From the NCBI RefSeq assembly GCF_009914755.1, contig NC_060928.1: a DNA stretch of 64,000 nt. One strand, given 5' to 3'. The stretch comes from the human T2T-CHM13v2.0 reference genome, Homo sapiens. Of this stretch, positions 14,051 to 29,078 are shown piece after piece (within the stretch, counting starts at the first letter, position 1; each line of letters opens with the position of its first letter). The notes under the pieces are model-generated. The model was not told the origin of the DNA. It saw nothing but the letters and a program-made list of their open reading frames with translations, and did no database searches. Made by a program: the position numbers and the translations under genes.

Positions 14051-15929
14051 GCACTCTATTCGATGTTTGCAGATAATTTGTTTCACTCTCTTTTCTAATT
14101 TGAGAAGTTCTCTTAAAATGGATCATCATAGCTTTAGTGCTCTGTAGAAGCTTCAAAGTTTTCTTCATTTCTTTCCCCAATTTCTCCATCCTTCCCTTCT
14201 TCTCTTTCTTCTGTCTTCCTTTCATTCTTTCATCCATCTGATCTTCCTCATTCATTGAAACTTTAAGGACAACAATAGGGAATGTGCATAACAGTGACTC
14301 CAAATAAGTCTCAAACTTTATTCAAAAGATCTAAAAATTTAGTGGGAGATAATCCATGATCATTTTAGGGTTTTCCTCCAAGGTCCCTGAGAAGTTACCA
14401 AAAGTGAGCATCTCCATGTATCTTACTTTCTTCTGTACGAAGCATCCCAGAATCTCACTGTGTTCTCTTCTCTCTTGGACTCTGCCACCACTCACTGTAT
14501 TCTTTAGGTTTCTTCTTCCTCAACTCTTCATGTGTAGAGAAGATATGTTTCTCTAAATGCTGCTCTGTCTTGCCATCTTTGAAGACAAACTACGTAATAC
14601 CATTTTCTAAAATCCCTTTTAGATTTCAAAACACTTTTTTTTCCAGTTCTCCTGAAATTAGTCCAAAAATTCAGGATTTTTTTTAGTGCCCCAATATTTG
14701 CATTTCTGTATTAAGAAGTAAGGATAGAAAAGATTGTTAAGTGACTGGAGGAAACCTAGAATCAGTGTTGCTGGTGCTACTGTTCTAGAACTCTTCACCT
14801 GAGACTGTGATCTCCAAGCCTAGAAGTAAGTAAAAGCTACGAGATTCCTATGCATGTATACACAACACTTTGCTTCCAAGTTGGTAGCAAAAATCTAAGT
14901 GCAGTGTACCGTAAGATACCCACTCAGCTGGGAGAGAGTATGTGGGAATGTTCATGTGGTAGGCAGTAAATGCTGTTGATTATCTACTTCTGGGAGCAAG
15001 TTGGGAAATATTATTCTTCATTCTTCATACCCACTATTCATTTATTTCTTCATTCATAAAGTATTTACTCAGCATATAGCACAGGAGAAAAAATGGCACA
15101 TACAACAGGTTCACAATTTATGGAATACTTCCCCTAGCCCCAGATTGCACCTTTTATCCCAATTGGTAATTACTAATAGTCACTCATGGAGAAACTAGCC
15201 TGAACTGATCAACTGGTGATACCAATTCACACACAACCATTTCTGATGTTGAGTTGACCTAACTTATGAGCTCATCAGCTGTTGGAGGTACAGCAGTGTT
15301 TTTTTGGTAATGGTGTCACTCCTTGCTTAGAGAACATCAAAGAACATAAGAATCCAGTTTATCTTCAGGATCCACTGTAAGCTCTGTGTCATGGTACAAG
15401 AGACACCATAATAACCAAGCTCTGACTAATCTATACTCATGTGTCACCACTCTTTGGTTTGTGCTTTGCCCATTAATGGAATCTGACTGCTGGAATTTCC
15501 TCACATATTAACAGGTTTTTCATTTCCTTGCCTTTCTCTGCCTGCAATCCTTCCCTGCTTCCATGAGATACTCCCACTCCCATCTCTCTTTGGTGCAGCA
15601 CCTTGTACCTACTAATTCCTAATTATCTTTAAAGATTCAAATTTGTCATGAACACTATAGAAAACTGTCCCTGACACCAAGAATGTTGGATTTACTCCTC
15701 TTCTATCCTTCCTAAGTGTCTTCTGATTATTGCCATTATTATACCCAACTGCCATTCTGCAAGTGTAACAGCCCATTTCTGTGGCTGACTTCTCACTACA
15801 CTGTGATCTTAAAGGCAAGAACTCTGCTTTACCTATATTTACATACACAGGTTCTTGCAAAGTATTTGACACACATAAGAATGAATAAAGAAGAAATAAA
15901 TACAAGAAGGATAAAATTTAACGTCGTAT

Positions 15930-16720
<791 letters not shown>

Positions 16721-16849
16721 AGACAGGTGTCTGTCTGAACATTCAGACTTCTGTCTGAAAAGAACATATGTGTATCTAATGAGATAAGTTGATTTAAATG
16801 AAGCCTATGATTCCCATTTGGATTAAGATTTTCTAAATTATTTGTGTGG

Positions 16850-17370
16850 CTATTATGAATTAAGATCTCCTAAAGTTCAAACAGATACTATGATTCAATC
16901 TGACAGAATTAATACAGTGGCTTCAGAAAAGATAAAAGACTAAATAAGGGATTAAGAGGTAACCCAAGACTTATTAATAGTAGTGAGTACAACCACCCTT
17001 CAGTATTAGTATTAGTGAAATGTCAGAAGATGCATTACCAAAGTAAGGAGCCAAAAGTTCAATTGGAAGCTTGGACATCAAGACTGGGTGGGAGTTTCCT
17101 GGAAGAGCATAGTACCGTAGAGGAGATGTAGCTGCAACCAGACACAAGAGAGACAGTGAAAAATAGTCTAGACTCTCCTTCTCTCCTGCCTTCAGTCTCC
17201 CATCAATGCCTCCCACATCCTGTACGTAGTCAAAAGCCTGCTGTCAAGGCAGTTTGGGGAAAATATGTAGGATCAGCCCGCTGGGATCAGATAATGCATC
17301 TGAGAGAAAATGAGCAAATGTCTGGCACAAGCACCATGGTAGTGGGGCAAAGGAGAACAAACTCTAAGTA
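16850..17370 (-). mobile_element. Old ERVL LTR (LTR33-like)
   Basis: ctccttctctcctgccttcagtctcccatcaatgcctccca...aagcc...caagg resembles LTR33. Confidence 0.5.
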
Positions 17371-17439
17371 AATGTAACTTTTCATATATCAATTGAAAAA
17401 GAAGTACACTGTAGTTGGATATGCACTACATTTTATTCA

Positions 17440-17630
17440 GAAGTGGATTTATGAATTAGCTCTTCCAGTTACCAGATGTAGAACTTTTAGCAAGCTACAT
17501 AAACTTCCTGTGCCTGTTTCTTAGTTAACAAAACAAAGATGTTAAAATCTCATTTATTTTTCTCAAAGGGTGTCTGTGAATGATGAAGTAAATTATGTAC
17601 AGAAAAATATCTGTGTGCATACGTTGTAAA
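17440..17630. mobile_element. MIR SINE
   Basis: gctcttccagttaccagatgtagaacttttagcaagctacataaacttcctgtgcctgtttc. Confidence 0.6.
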
Positions 17631-17689
17631 GGGTCTGTTTGAGGATGACTTATTAGGCACCTACCATACACCAGGAACTCTCTGTGTGC

Positions 17690-17692
<3 letters not shown>

Positions 17693-17757
<65 letters not shown>
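17693..17757. repeat. (TA)n microsatellite, ~65 bp with one phase break
   Basis: Direct reading. Confidence 0.97.
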
Positions 17758-17759
<2 letters not shown>

Positions 17760-18279
17760 AATACTACTCAGTCATAAAGAGGAATGAATTAACTGCATTT
17801 TCAATGACCTGGATGAGGTTAGAGACTATTATTTTAAGTGAAGTAACTGAGGAATGGAAAACCAAGCATCGTATGTTCACACTGATATGTGGGAGCCAAG
17901 CTATGAGGACACAAAGGCATAAGAATGATACAATGGACTTTGGGGACTTGGGAGGAAGAGTGGGAGGGGTGTGAGGGATAAAAGACGAAGGCATCATGGA
18001 ACCAACCCAAATGCCAATTAATCAATGAGTGAATAAAGAAAATCATATTTTCTTTATTCACTCATTGATTAATTGGCATTTGGGTTGGTTCCATGATTTT
18101 ACTATTGTGAATTGTGCTTCTATAAACATGCATGTGCAAGTATCTACACTGCTGGTGGGAATGTAAACTAGTACAGCCATTATGGAAAATAGTGTGGAGA
18201 TTCCTTAAAGAATTAAAAGTAGATTCCTTAAAGAATTAGAGAATTAAAAGTAGAACTACCATTTGATCCAGCAATCCCA
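17757..18279. mobile_element. Rearranged L1PB-like 3' fragments in alternating orientation
   Basis: ggaatactactcagtcataaag...gctatgaggacacaaaggcataagaatgatacaatggactttgggg (L1PB 3' UTR), then inverted and reordered ORF2-end pieces. Confidence 0.85.
17993..18097. repeat. Perfect inverted repeat: 51-bp arms, 3-nt loop (cat)
   Basis: atcatggaaccaacccaaatgccaattaatcaatgagtgaataaagaaaat-cat-exact reverse complement. Confidence 0.97.
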
Positions 18280-18720
18280 ATAGGTAGTTTTCAAACCCAC
18301 CCCTTCTTCCTCCACCCTCTAGTAGTCCACAGTGTCTATTGTTACTATATTTATGTCCATGTGTGCTCAATGCTTAGCTTTCACTTATACGTGAGAATAT
18401 GTGGTATTTGGTTTCTGCTCCTGCATTAATTTGCTTAAGTTAATGGCCTCCTGCTCTATTCGTGTTGCTGCAAAGAATGTGATTTCATTTTTTTAATGAC
18501 TGCATAGTATTCCATGGTGTATATGTACCACATTTTCATTATCCAGTCTACCCCTGATGGGCACCAGGGTTAATTCCATGTCTTTGCTATTGTGACTAGT
18601 GTTGCAATAATATATGAGTGTATGTGCCTTTTTGGTAGAATAATTTACTTTCTTTTGGATGTATACACAATGATGGGATTGCTGGGTTAAATGGTAGCTC
18701 TGTTTTAAGTTATTTTAGGA
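18280..18720 (-). mobile_element. L1PA15/16-like 3' fragment
   Basis: gtctattgtt...atttatgtccatgtgtgctcaatg...gtgagaatatgtggtatttgg...gatgggattgctgggttaaatggtag. Confidence 0.85.
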
Positions 18721-21700
18721 GCGCCCTATATGTAAAGTAAAACTTCAATTAAAAACCTGCCTCTTGGTAATGCAACCAATTATATAGTTTCATAATATTT
18801 TTGTTGAGGTTAAAGTTTACAAATAACTGTCAAATATAGTACCAATCCATGTATAGGTAGTACATTTTATAACTGAGAAAATTAAGATTTAGAAAAATTC
18901 AATCTTTTTAAAGTTATATGCCAATAGTTCTGGGCTGAGAGATCTGAATTTAACAACTTTTCTTTGCTACATATTATAATTTTAATATAGTTTGAAAATT
19001 TTCCTGTTTACCTTTATTCATTAACAGTTTTCCACATAAATTTAGAATTTGTTTGATCCTCCATGTGAAACATTTGTTTTGTAAATATTTTTTATTAAAA
19101 ATATGTTCAGAGATGAAAACATTTATACTTGAATTTGAAGAATGTGGTAAGAATTAAAGCTAGAGAGGTTGATAGGTACTAAATTTTGAAAAGCCTGTAG
19201 ATATTGTTAAAGATAATTTTTCTTTAATCTTGTGAGGAGCTTTTGAAGTCTTTTAGATGAGACATAATGACATCTAAGTTTTAGAAAGATCAACCTGGGT
19301 GGCAGGATGGAAAGTTGATTAGGAGTGAAAGAAAGTGGTAGAATGAAGACAACAGGATCAGCAATACAAGATTTGCTTAATTGTTTTTGGCATACACTTT
19401 AATCCTGCACTTCAAATTATTTATTTTTTATCATAAGAGAAAAAAACATGCAGTATACAGCTTTTGAAACAGATGTTTCATTGAGATGATTTGTCGAACC
19501 TTGATCAGGATTAAGGTCAGAATTTCCTGAGAATTTCTATTGATTAGTTTTTGCAGGTTAAACTATAATACCTTCATGCCACTGAGGGTATGAATTTGGC
19601 TTAGCGTTATGTCCATTCTGCTCAGCACACAGTTTGTCCATGATAAGAATCAGTGTGGGACATGATGCATGTCTGCCTGTTTCTGAGATTCTGTTTGTGT
19701 AGTTTACGTTTTTGTTCATTGTTCCCCGCACCTGTTTCAGGCTGTCTCATATTTTTGCATTCCCAGAAAGAGTTGCGGAGGGGAAGAGAAAAAACTCCTG
19801 TCTCTGGAAAACCCCAAATCTTTAGAGATGTCAAACATTGATCTTTTCAGAATCATTCGAGCAAACAGAGCTAAATATTTTTATTATTTTATTTGGAAAT
19901 GTTTATTGATTGAAGCTACTGCGCAGTCTGTCACATTGGGAATAAATCATGTGCTGAATTGTGTGATGATCCTCGGCACCAAGTTCTGTGCTGTGTGCTT
20001 GCTCTTCTTGTGTCTGTGTGCTCTTACTGAGTTTCACTAGCTGCCAGACGTTCATGAAAAAAAAGTCCCAGCTTTTCTTACTACATGTTTGTGGTTTGCT
20101 TGCTTGAAAATTGGATGGTAGAAAGGAGCAGATGCCATGATACTTTTGTCAGTGGCAGGTAGCACCTGGGATTCAGCAGATGCGAGGTTCAGCATTATCA
20201 GTGGCTTCGAAGAACATTTTGGAAGTCACCTGCCTCAATTCTGCAGTCAGCAGTGACCATTTGACAGTGGTTTTATGGAGTTTCTGATTGGGTGGAAATT
20301 TCCCGAATATCTGCGGGCTGGTGAGATAAACCTGAGAGCTAGTGTCGGCCTTTCCTGATCTTGGTTCCCTCAGCCCTTCCAATAGTTATATAGGGACCAA
20401 ATTCTGGGTACTAAATTTATTCCTGCTTGAAATACCAAGGGCATTTTTTTAAAATTTCCCAAACCTGACTAATACATCACATGGGTCACAGTACCTACCA
20501 TATTACTTAGAAATATAAAGAAAATTTTTTTATTGTTTATTGCTCATATCAGGACTTATGGAAGACTGATAGGTAATCTTGGTCACAGTGAGATGAACAC
20601 ACTTGGATATTTCTCCTACCAACGTGGCTTCACATTCCTTGAACCAAACCTTTGAAAATTTATGATTTCTTGAGTTTCGTTTTCCATATTCTAAAGGCTT
20701 TCTCTGTTCCTTATAGAAAACCGCTTTTTGCAGGCCTTGCCTGTGCCCTCTCCAGACCAACTCGTGTTCCAAGGTGAACACATTAGGATATCACCTGAGA
20801 ATGCTGTTATCCATGTGTGAACAGTATATTAAATAAGCACAACTCACAGTTTAAACAAAACAGACTTGTATTTTTGTCTTCCTCCATGTTTTTGCTCAGT
20901 CTTAGGCAATACACAGTCTGATAGCCATTTTAAGAAACACAAACTTCCTCAGAAATTTGAATGTCCAGTGTAAATTAATATACAAAACTTTGACCATGGT
21001 TGAATGCATTCTTCTCTTCTCAACCTCTAACCTGCATTAGAGTGTAAATCTGCAATTGGTTGGCTTCTATGGTATTTCTCTGTTTCTGCTCCTCCTTCAT
21101 TCCCATTTGCTTGCTTTCCAGGTTCTAAGAACTTCAAGTTTAGAGGAAGGGAGGAGGGTATGGTGACATATGAAAAGAGATTTAATTCATTTGGTTCTCA
21201 CATAACTGACTTTATGCTTTCTGGTCCTGCCTTATGCATAAACTTAGATCTCTCTCTTTGAAATCACAGGGTCACTTTTGTGGCTTTTCTGGAAGGTTCC
21301 TGTTGGGCTCCTCCAACTGCAGTTCCCTTGACCTGTGTGCAGCTGCATCCCTATTCCAGTTTCTTGATTCAGACACTTCCTGAAGTTCCTAACAAACTGG
21401 CTTTCAAATAACATCCAGTTTCTTGATGCTGCATTTTCTGTCCCCAAAGGCTTATCTATTACAAAAATACCATGATGATTACAAGTCAGCTCTGTGTTTC
21501 CTGATTAGCCCACATCAGATCCATGGGAAATAATCATGAATCTTTTCCACTAGCAAACTCAGGGAATGCACCTGCCCCTCCTCCCTCCAATATCTCCTGA
21601 CATGTGTGGTCTTCCCTACCCTGTAGCTCTTTTTCCATGAACATCTGTGGTGGTCTTTTTCTTGTTCCTTGATTTGAGCCTCATTATTTTGGTGCTTTTT

Positions 21701-21869
21701 TTAAAAATTTTATTTAATCAAGTATCATTTTCTACTCTCATGGAGGTATTCTCTCTCTTTTCTTTTTTAAACATCTTGTAACTTTGTTCTATTTATTTTT
21801 AGAACCTCTTCTCTATAATCTCCCATAATGGAATTGTTAGGTTTTGATTTCTGAAGCCAATTTACCTCT

Positions 21870-22075
21870 TTGAAATTACTGAGTTTCACTAGCTGCGTAA
21901 CTTTGGGCTAGTTTAACTTCCTGGTGCCTTATTTTCCTCATCTGCAAAATAGGAATGAGTACAGTATCCAAGACATAAATTTATTATAAAAAAATAAATT
22001 ATATGATCCACATGAAGCCCTTAGCACACTGCCTTGTGTTCAATAATTGCTGGGTATTTTGCTATTATTATCTGT
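21870..22075. mobile_element. MIR SINE
   Basis: cactagctgcgtaactttgggc...ttttcctcatctgcaaaatagg...cttagcacactgcct. Confidence 0.75.
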
Positions 22076-22617
22076 ATCTAATTATACTTTTACTTTCCAG
22101 GATGATATCTATAAAGAGTTACCTTTCCAAGATAAAAATTGGAGTGATTCAAGGGAAGGAACCTAAACGCTTTCTAATATTAGGGAAATGAAGAACATGC
22201 TAACATCACTTGCATGGAGGAAGGATATGAATACATCTTTAATATATCAATAGAAAAAGGAACACAGAAGACCAAAAACAAGCCTTGAATACAGTAAAGG
22301 AGAAGGAACGATCAGAACAAACAAATAAGCAAACAGTCATTAATGCCAGTAAGAAATAGGAATACCTAGTATTCAAATTATGAATTGAGAGGTGTGTCCA
22401 AAAGAAGGAAGGTCAGCATTATCCACTACAGTAGACAGGTTAAGAAAATCAACTTCTACTTCAATAAGAACTTCAAGTACTTTTCAGTGGTGAAGTGCCT
22501 GCTATGCACCAAGCAGTACTCCAGGCAATGGCTCCAGGGTAAACCTAGCAGACCCAGACTGCATCTTCAGATCTATGATTCAGAAAATTATACTTGACTG
22601 TATAAAAAAGAAAACCA

Positions 22618-23290
<673 letters not shown>

Positions 23291-24349
23291 GGCATAGTGG
23301 GGGGAAAAAGCTAGATTGTAAACCTGTGTATAGAAGATACATGATAAGAAAATGAAGATGGGGATGCATATCTTAATAGTCTGGCAACAGAGGTTAATAG
23401 AGCTGCTTCTCTTGTTACTGCTTCTGTTTTATCTTTGTATCTTTTGGTTTTTGTGGCTTTGTTGTATTTATTCAAGTATTAGCATTGTATTTATTTGCAT
23501 TATTCATTGTATTACTATAATAATTATAATAATTCATTGTATTATTTTAATAACACTGTCTTATTCAAGTATTAACATTGTATAAAACATTAGGTAAGCT
23601 GAGATGCCATACTCACCTTGTTCCTGGTTGGAAAATGCTGTGAAATTTGACATAGAGGCTAGGTGAATTGAAAAGGGTGGATGAGCACATCAGGACCCAG
23701 CAAGGTTAAATAGTTTGCCCACTGCTTCTCAGCTGGTAGATAGCAAACCTGGCATTAGAATCCAGGACTGTTTCTCTTTGATTTTATGCTTCTAGTCTTT
23801 GATTCAAAACTCCAGTTTGCTTCAAATATATTGTTAAACCAAAGTTGGAGAGAAAATTAATTACCAATGACTTTCTGTAAGTCAGCAAAATAGATCTCTC
23901 AGCGCTTCGTGTATTCTTCAACAACAGTACTTCATGAGGTTGGCATCATTAGAAAGAAAATTCAGATTATCTGTCTTCCTATGTATTTTTAAATGCACTT
24001 TAACTAAATAGAGTCTGATGCTACAACTGGTTCTGATTATGCACTAATTACTTGCTAAATTTGATTCCGAAGAACAAAGAAGTCTTGAGTTATTCAAGGA
24101 CAAAAAAGTCTCCAATCTTCAAAAATATACATTTTTTACATTCCTACTACTCAAAAATAGCTAGCACATATTTCTTCCTATTTGAGGGGAAAATCTCTCT
24201 GGCTAAGAAATTTGTTCCAAGTTGTGGCAAGGAAAGAATGTATGCTTTAATATGGTGTCTTGAAATAGAAGAAGGTTGGACTAAGGCTAACTCCTTCTCC
24301 TTAGTTCTAAAATGCCTTTACTGAATGGTATTTTTTGTAGCATAACTTT

Positions 24350-26572
24350 TTTGAAAAAAATATTCCACTTTTATTTTAGATCCAGGGGTTTGTGCACAGA
24401 TGTGTTACAAGTGTATTGAGTGGTTCTGAGGTTTGGGCTTCTCTTGATCTCGTCACTCAGATAGTGAACCTATTACCCAATAAGAAGTGTTTCAGCCCTT
24501 GCCCCTACCTCTCCCTCCCTCCTTTTGGAGTTCCCAGGGTCTATTGTTCCCATCTTTATGTTCGTTCATACCCAGTGTTTACCCCCACTCGTAAGTGAGA
24601 ACATGTGGTATTTGGTTTCTATTTCTGCATTAGTTTGCTCAGGATAATGGCCTCCAACTGCATCCATGTTGCTGCAAAGAACATGACTTCACTCTTTTTT
24701 ATGGCTGTGTAGTATTCCATGTCAGTACAGCACATTTTCTTTATCCGGTCTACCATTGATGGGCACCTAGGTTGATTTCATGTCTGCTATTGTGAGTAGT
24801 GCTGCAATGAACATATGAGTGTATGTGTCTTTTTGGTAGAACAATTTATTTTCCTTTGGATATATATCCCAAAGGAAATATATACCAATTTATTTTCCTT
24901 TGGGTATCTATAAAGTAATGGGATTGCCAGATTGAATGGTAATTCTATTTTCAGTTCTTTGATAAATCTCAAAACTGCTTTCCACAGTGGCTGAACTGAT
25001 TTGCATTCTAACAGTGTACATGTTCCCTTCTCTCCACAGCCTTGCCAATATCATTTTGGCTTTTTGATAATAGCCATTCTGACTCGTGTGAGATGGTATC
25101 TCATTGTGGTTTTGACTTGCATTTCTCTAATGATTAGCAATGTCAAACATTTTTCATATGTTTGTTAGCTGCTTGTATGTCTTCTTTTGAGAGGGTCTTT
25201 TCGTGTCCTTTGCCCACTTTTTAATGGTTTTTTTTTCTTGTTGATTTATTTAGGTTCTTTATAGATTCTGGATACCAGTCCTTTGTCACATGCATAGATT
25301 GTAAATATTTTCTCTCATTCTTGTAGGTTATCTGTTTGCAATGTTGTTAGTTTCTTTTGCTGTACAGAAACTCTTTACTTTAAACCACATTTGTCTTTTA
25401 TTTTGTTAAACTTGCCTTTGGGGATTTCATCATACATTCTTTGCCTAGGCCAATGTCTAGAAGAGTATTCCCTAGTTGTTTTTCTAGGGTTTTTAGAGAT
25501 TTAGGCCTTAAATTTAAGTTGTTAATGAATCTTAGGTTGATTTGTTTTTATGTGGTTAAAGAAAGCGTTCTAGTTTCAATCTTCTGCATATGAGTAGCCA
25601 GTTATCCCAACACCATTTATTGAATAGATTTTTTCCCCATTGATTATTATTGTTGACTTTGTTGAAGAGTAGGTGGTTGCAGGTGTGTGGCTTTATTTCT
25701 GAAATTTTCAACTTGTTTCATTGGTCTATGTGTCTGTTTTTGTATCAGTACCATTCTATTTTGGTTACTGTAGCCTTGTGGTATACTTTGAAGTCAGGCA
25801 GGGTGATACCTCTGGCTTTGTTCTTTTTGCCTAGGACTGCTTTGGCTATTGGGCTCATTTTGGGCTCCATGTGATTTTAGAATGGCTTTTTCTAATTCCC
25901 AGAAAAATGATATTGGTAGTTTAATAAGAATAGCATTGAATCTGTAGATTGCTTTGGACAGTAATAACCATTTTAATGATATTGATTCTTCTTATGCATG
26001 AGCATGGAATGCTTTTTGATTTGTTTGTGTCATCTACCATTTCTTTCAGCAGTGTTTTGTAGTTCACCTCACAGAGATCTTCATCATGTTGATTAGGTGT
26101 ATTTCTAGGTATTTTATTTATTATTTATTTATTTATTTATTGTGGCTATTGTTAAGTGGGATTGCATTCTTGATTTGGTTCCCAGCTTGAATATTATTGG
26201 TGTACAGAAATGCTAGTCATTTTTGTACACTGATTTTTTTTTAAGCCAGAGACTTTGCTGAAGTCCTTTATCAGGTGTAGTAATCTTTCAGCAGAATCTT
26301 TAGGGCTTTCTTGGTATAGAATCATATCATTTGATAAGAGAGATAAGTTGATTTCCTCTTTTCATATCTGGATGACTTGTATTTATTTCTCTTGCCTGAT
26401 TTCTCTGGATAGGACTTCCAGTACTATGTCGAATTGGAGTGGTGAGAGTGGGCATCCTAGTCTTGGTCCATTTCTTAGGGGGAATGCTTCCAGCTTTTGC
26501 CCATGCATTGCAACGTTGGCTGTGGGTTTGTCATAGATCGCTCTTATTATTTTGAGGTCTGTTTTTCCAATT
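24350..26572 (-). mobile_element. 5'-truncated L1PA15/16-like element (~2.2 kb)
   Basis: Reverse L1 3' UTR and ORF2; TSD tagcat(a/g)acttt at 24338-24349 and 26573-26584. Confidence 0.92.
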
Positions 26573-28209
26573 TAGCATGACTTTGACTTTCCAAAGTATG
26601 TGACCCATGATGATGTATAAACATTGATTTTTTTAAGCAAATACTTCTGAAAAATTTTGCATGCTATGCACTTTTTTTGAGATTTGCCATATTAGCAGTA
26701 TATTAAAAGCTCTGGCAAGCCTTCCTATACAGACAGACTTCTCACTCTTTGAGTGTTTCATAAGCAACTTTCTTCATAAATTTGTTTAGCCACTTCTGTT
26801 TTTGTATATTTTTCCCATAAATTCCTTCTGTAAAAACACACTGCTTATTTCTTTGCCAGCTTTACCCATTTCTCTCAAAGTGGCCCTGGAACCCTTTCTT
26901 TCACCAATCCCATCTACGTGAGCTTCATGACCTCATATATCCCAAGGGTCTCACTTCTTAATACTATCACATTGGAGTTAGAATTTGAACATATAAATTT
27001 TAGGTGGACAAAAATACTCAGCCCACAATAGTAAGGTAATAAGAAATTATTTTTATCAATAAAAAATCAATTAATTTATATACAACCTTTATAAACCTGC
27101 TTTACTAAAAGTAAATTGGTATCGGCACACCCATCTGGCTATAACACCAATGTGATTCTAACACATTTGAATTCCTGTGATTTATATTGTTTACTATTCC
27201 CTCATTACCTAGCACAGTGCTATGCTAGACATTGAATACATATTTCTTTTAAACTTGACTAAAGAAGAAAACAAAGGGAACAGAACATGTAAAAATTCTG
27301 CCTTGCTTGTTTACATATAATATGTGATGTCTCTCAAGTTGCTTTGTATGTTTCTGTTGATGTTTGACTTGTATAAATAAGGCTATAATAAACACACTCT
27401 GAGGCAGCAATATAAAATTGGGGAAAACATATTTATTGACAATGATGCAGTCGTCAGGGTCTCAGGGACCTCGTTCTGAATGAGAAATGCTTTTATAAGT
27501 TAACTCCACTCTAGTTTCATATCTGTGTACCTTTTCTGCTGGATTGTAAATTCTTAAGGGCAACACCTTTGTCTGTCCCTTTTACACCTTTATCCTCACT
27601 GTCTAGCACAGTGACTAGCAAAGTCACTCAGTGGATGTTTTCTTAATACAGGACTGAACTTGCTTATTTTCATAGGGAAAGCTCTATTCCTAGTTCTAAC
27701 TCATCTAATTAATGCACATACATAGTTAAGTTCTGTGTTTTAGAAACTATAGAAGCCGTGTCATAACCTCAGCTCATAATCCAGCAGGGAATTTTTCATA
27801 CTTACAATTTGCATCATCAATATAATTTGCAATAAAATATTTCAGTACACATCGGTGTCCTACATTAAAGAACAATTAATTTCCCAGTGTCTGTTGCTTG
27901 CCCTGTCTGCCAAAAGTTTCAAAATTTTATTTACGATTGCAGTGTTAGCATATTTTAACCACCTGCAGCTTCTATCATTTATCTTATCCACAAATCATTG
28001 TACATTTTTTTGTCTTCCAAAATCAACTGTAGCAATCAATACATTTGTGTACAAGAGGAAAGAATCAACTCAGGTAGGTTTGTTGCAGTCTTATTGAAGA
28101 AGACACTACTCATATTTTGAAGCTGTTGGTTTTCTTGAAAATGTGTGACTTCTTTATAAATGGGAGCCAAACTCATCAACTAGAGTAATCTTCAAATCAA
28201 CTAAAGACA

Positions 28210-29078
28210 TATATAAAAGACAACAGAAATTTATTTCTCACAGTTCTGAAGCTTGGGAGTCTGAGATCAGGGTCCCAGCATAGACAGAGACTAGTGAGGT
28301 GCCTCTTCAGGGTTGTAGGCTGCCAACTACTAGATGTATCCTCAGATAATGGAAAACTGGGATAGAGAGTTTTCTGGGATCTCTTTTGTAAGGGCACTGG
28401 ATTAGTCAGAATTCTCCAGACAAACAGAACCAATATGAAATATATATGAAATACATATGTTTGTGTGTGTGTGTATATATATATGTATATAATTCATATA
28501 TATGTATAAAATGGGAATTAGCTCATATATAATGGGGGCCTAGATGTCTCACCATCTGGAGTCTATAAGTTGGAGAAAAACTGGTGATGTAATTTGGTTG
28601 GAGTTCAGGTGGGGGTCTGAAGGCCTGAATATGAGGCTGGGGGTCCTGGAGTCCAAGAATCAGGAGCTATGATATCTGAGGGCAAGAGAAGATGGATGTC
28701 CCTGCTCAAGAAAAGATAATTCATCTCCCTTTTGTTCTTTCTCTCCCTTTTTGTTCTCTTTGGATCCTCAGTAGAATGGATGATATCCACCTACATTGGC
28801 AAGAGGAATTTTCATTACTCAGTCTACTAATTTAAATGCCAATATCTTCTGGAATCTCCCTCATAAACACACTCAGAAATAATGTTTTGATAGCTATTGT
28901 CCATCTCCTAGCTCAGTCAAGGTGACACATAAAATTAACCATCACAAGCACTAATCCCATTTGTGAGGGTTTTATAACCTAATTATATCCCAAGACCCCA
29001 CTTTCTAATACTATTACATTGGGAGTTAGAATTTCAACATATAAATTTTGGGTAGACAAAAATATTGAGTCCATAACA
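28210..29078 (-). mobile_element. MLT1A-like MaLR LTR interrupted by an MLT2 LTR
   Basis: acaacagaaatttatttctcacagttctg...taagggcac | actaatcccattt...agtccataaca. Confidence 0.82.
28398..28946 (-). mobile_element. MLT2B-like ERV-L solo LTR nested in MLT1A
   Basis: attagtcagaattctccagacaaacagaaccaata...tgacacataaaattaaccatcaca; TSD ggcac/agcac. Confidence 0.85.

Noticed and set aside
17684-17974. 96-aa ORF with YIYIYI
   Set aside because: (TA)n plus L1 ORF2 C-terminal remnant
23352-23585. Hydrophobic 77-aa ORF resembling a membrane peptide
   Set aside because: Hydrophobicity comes from T-rich low-complexity sequence and local repeats
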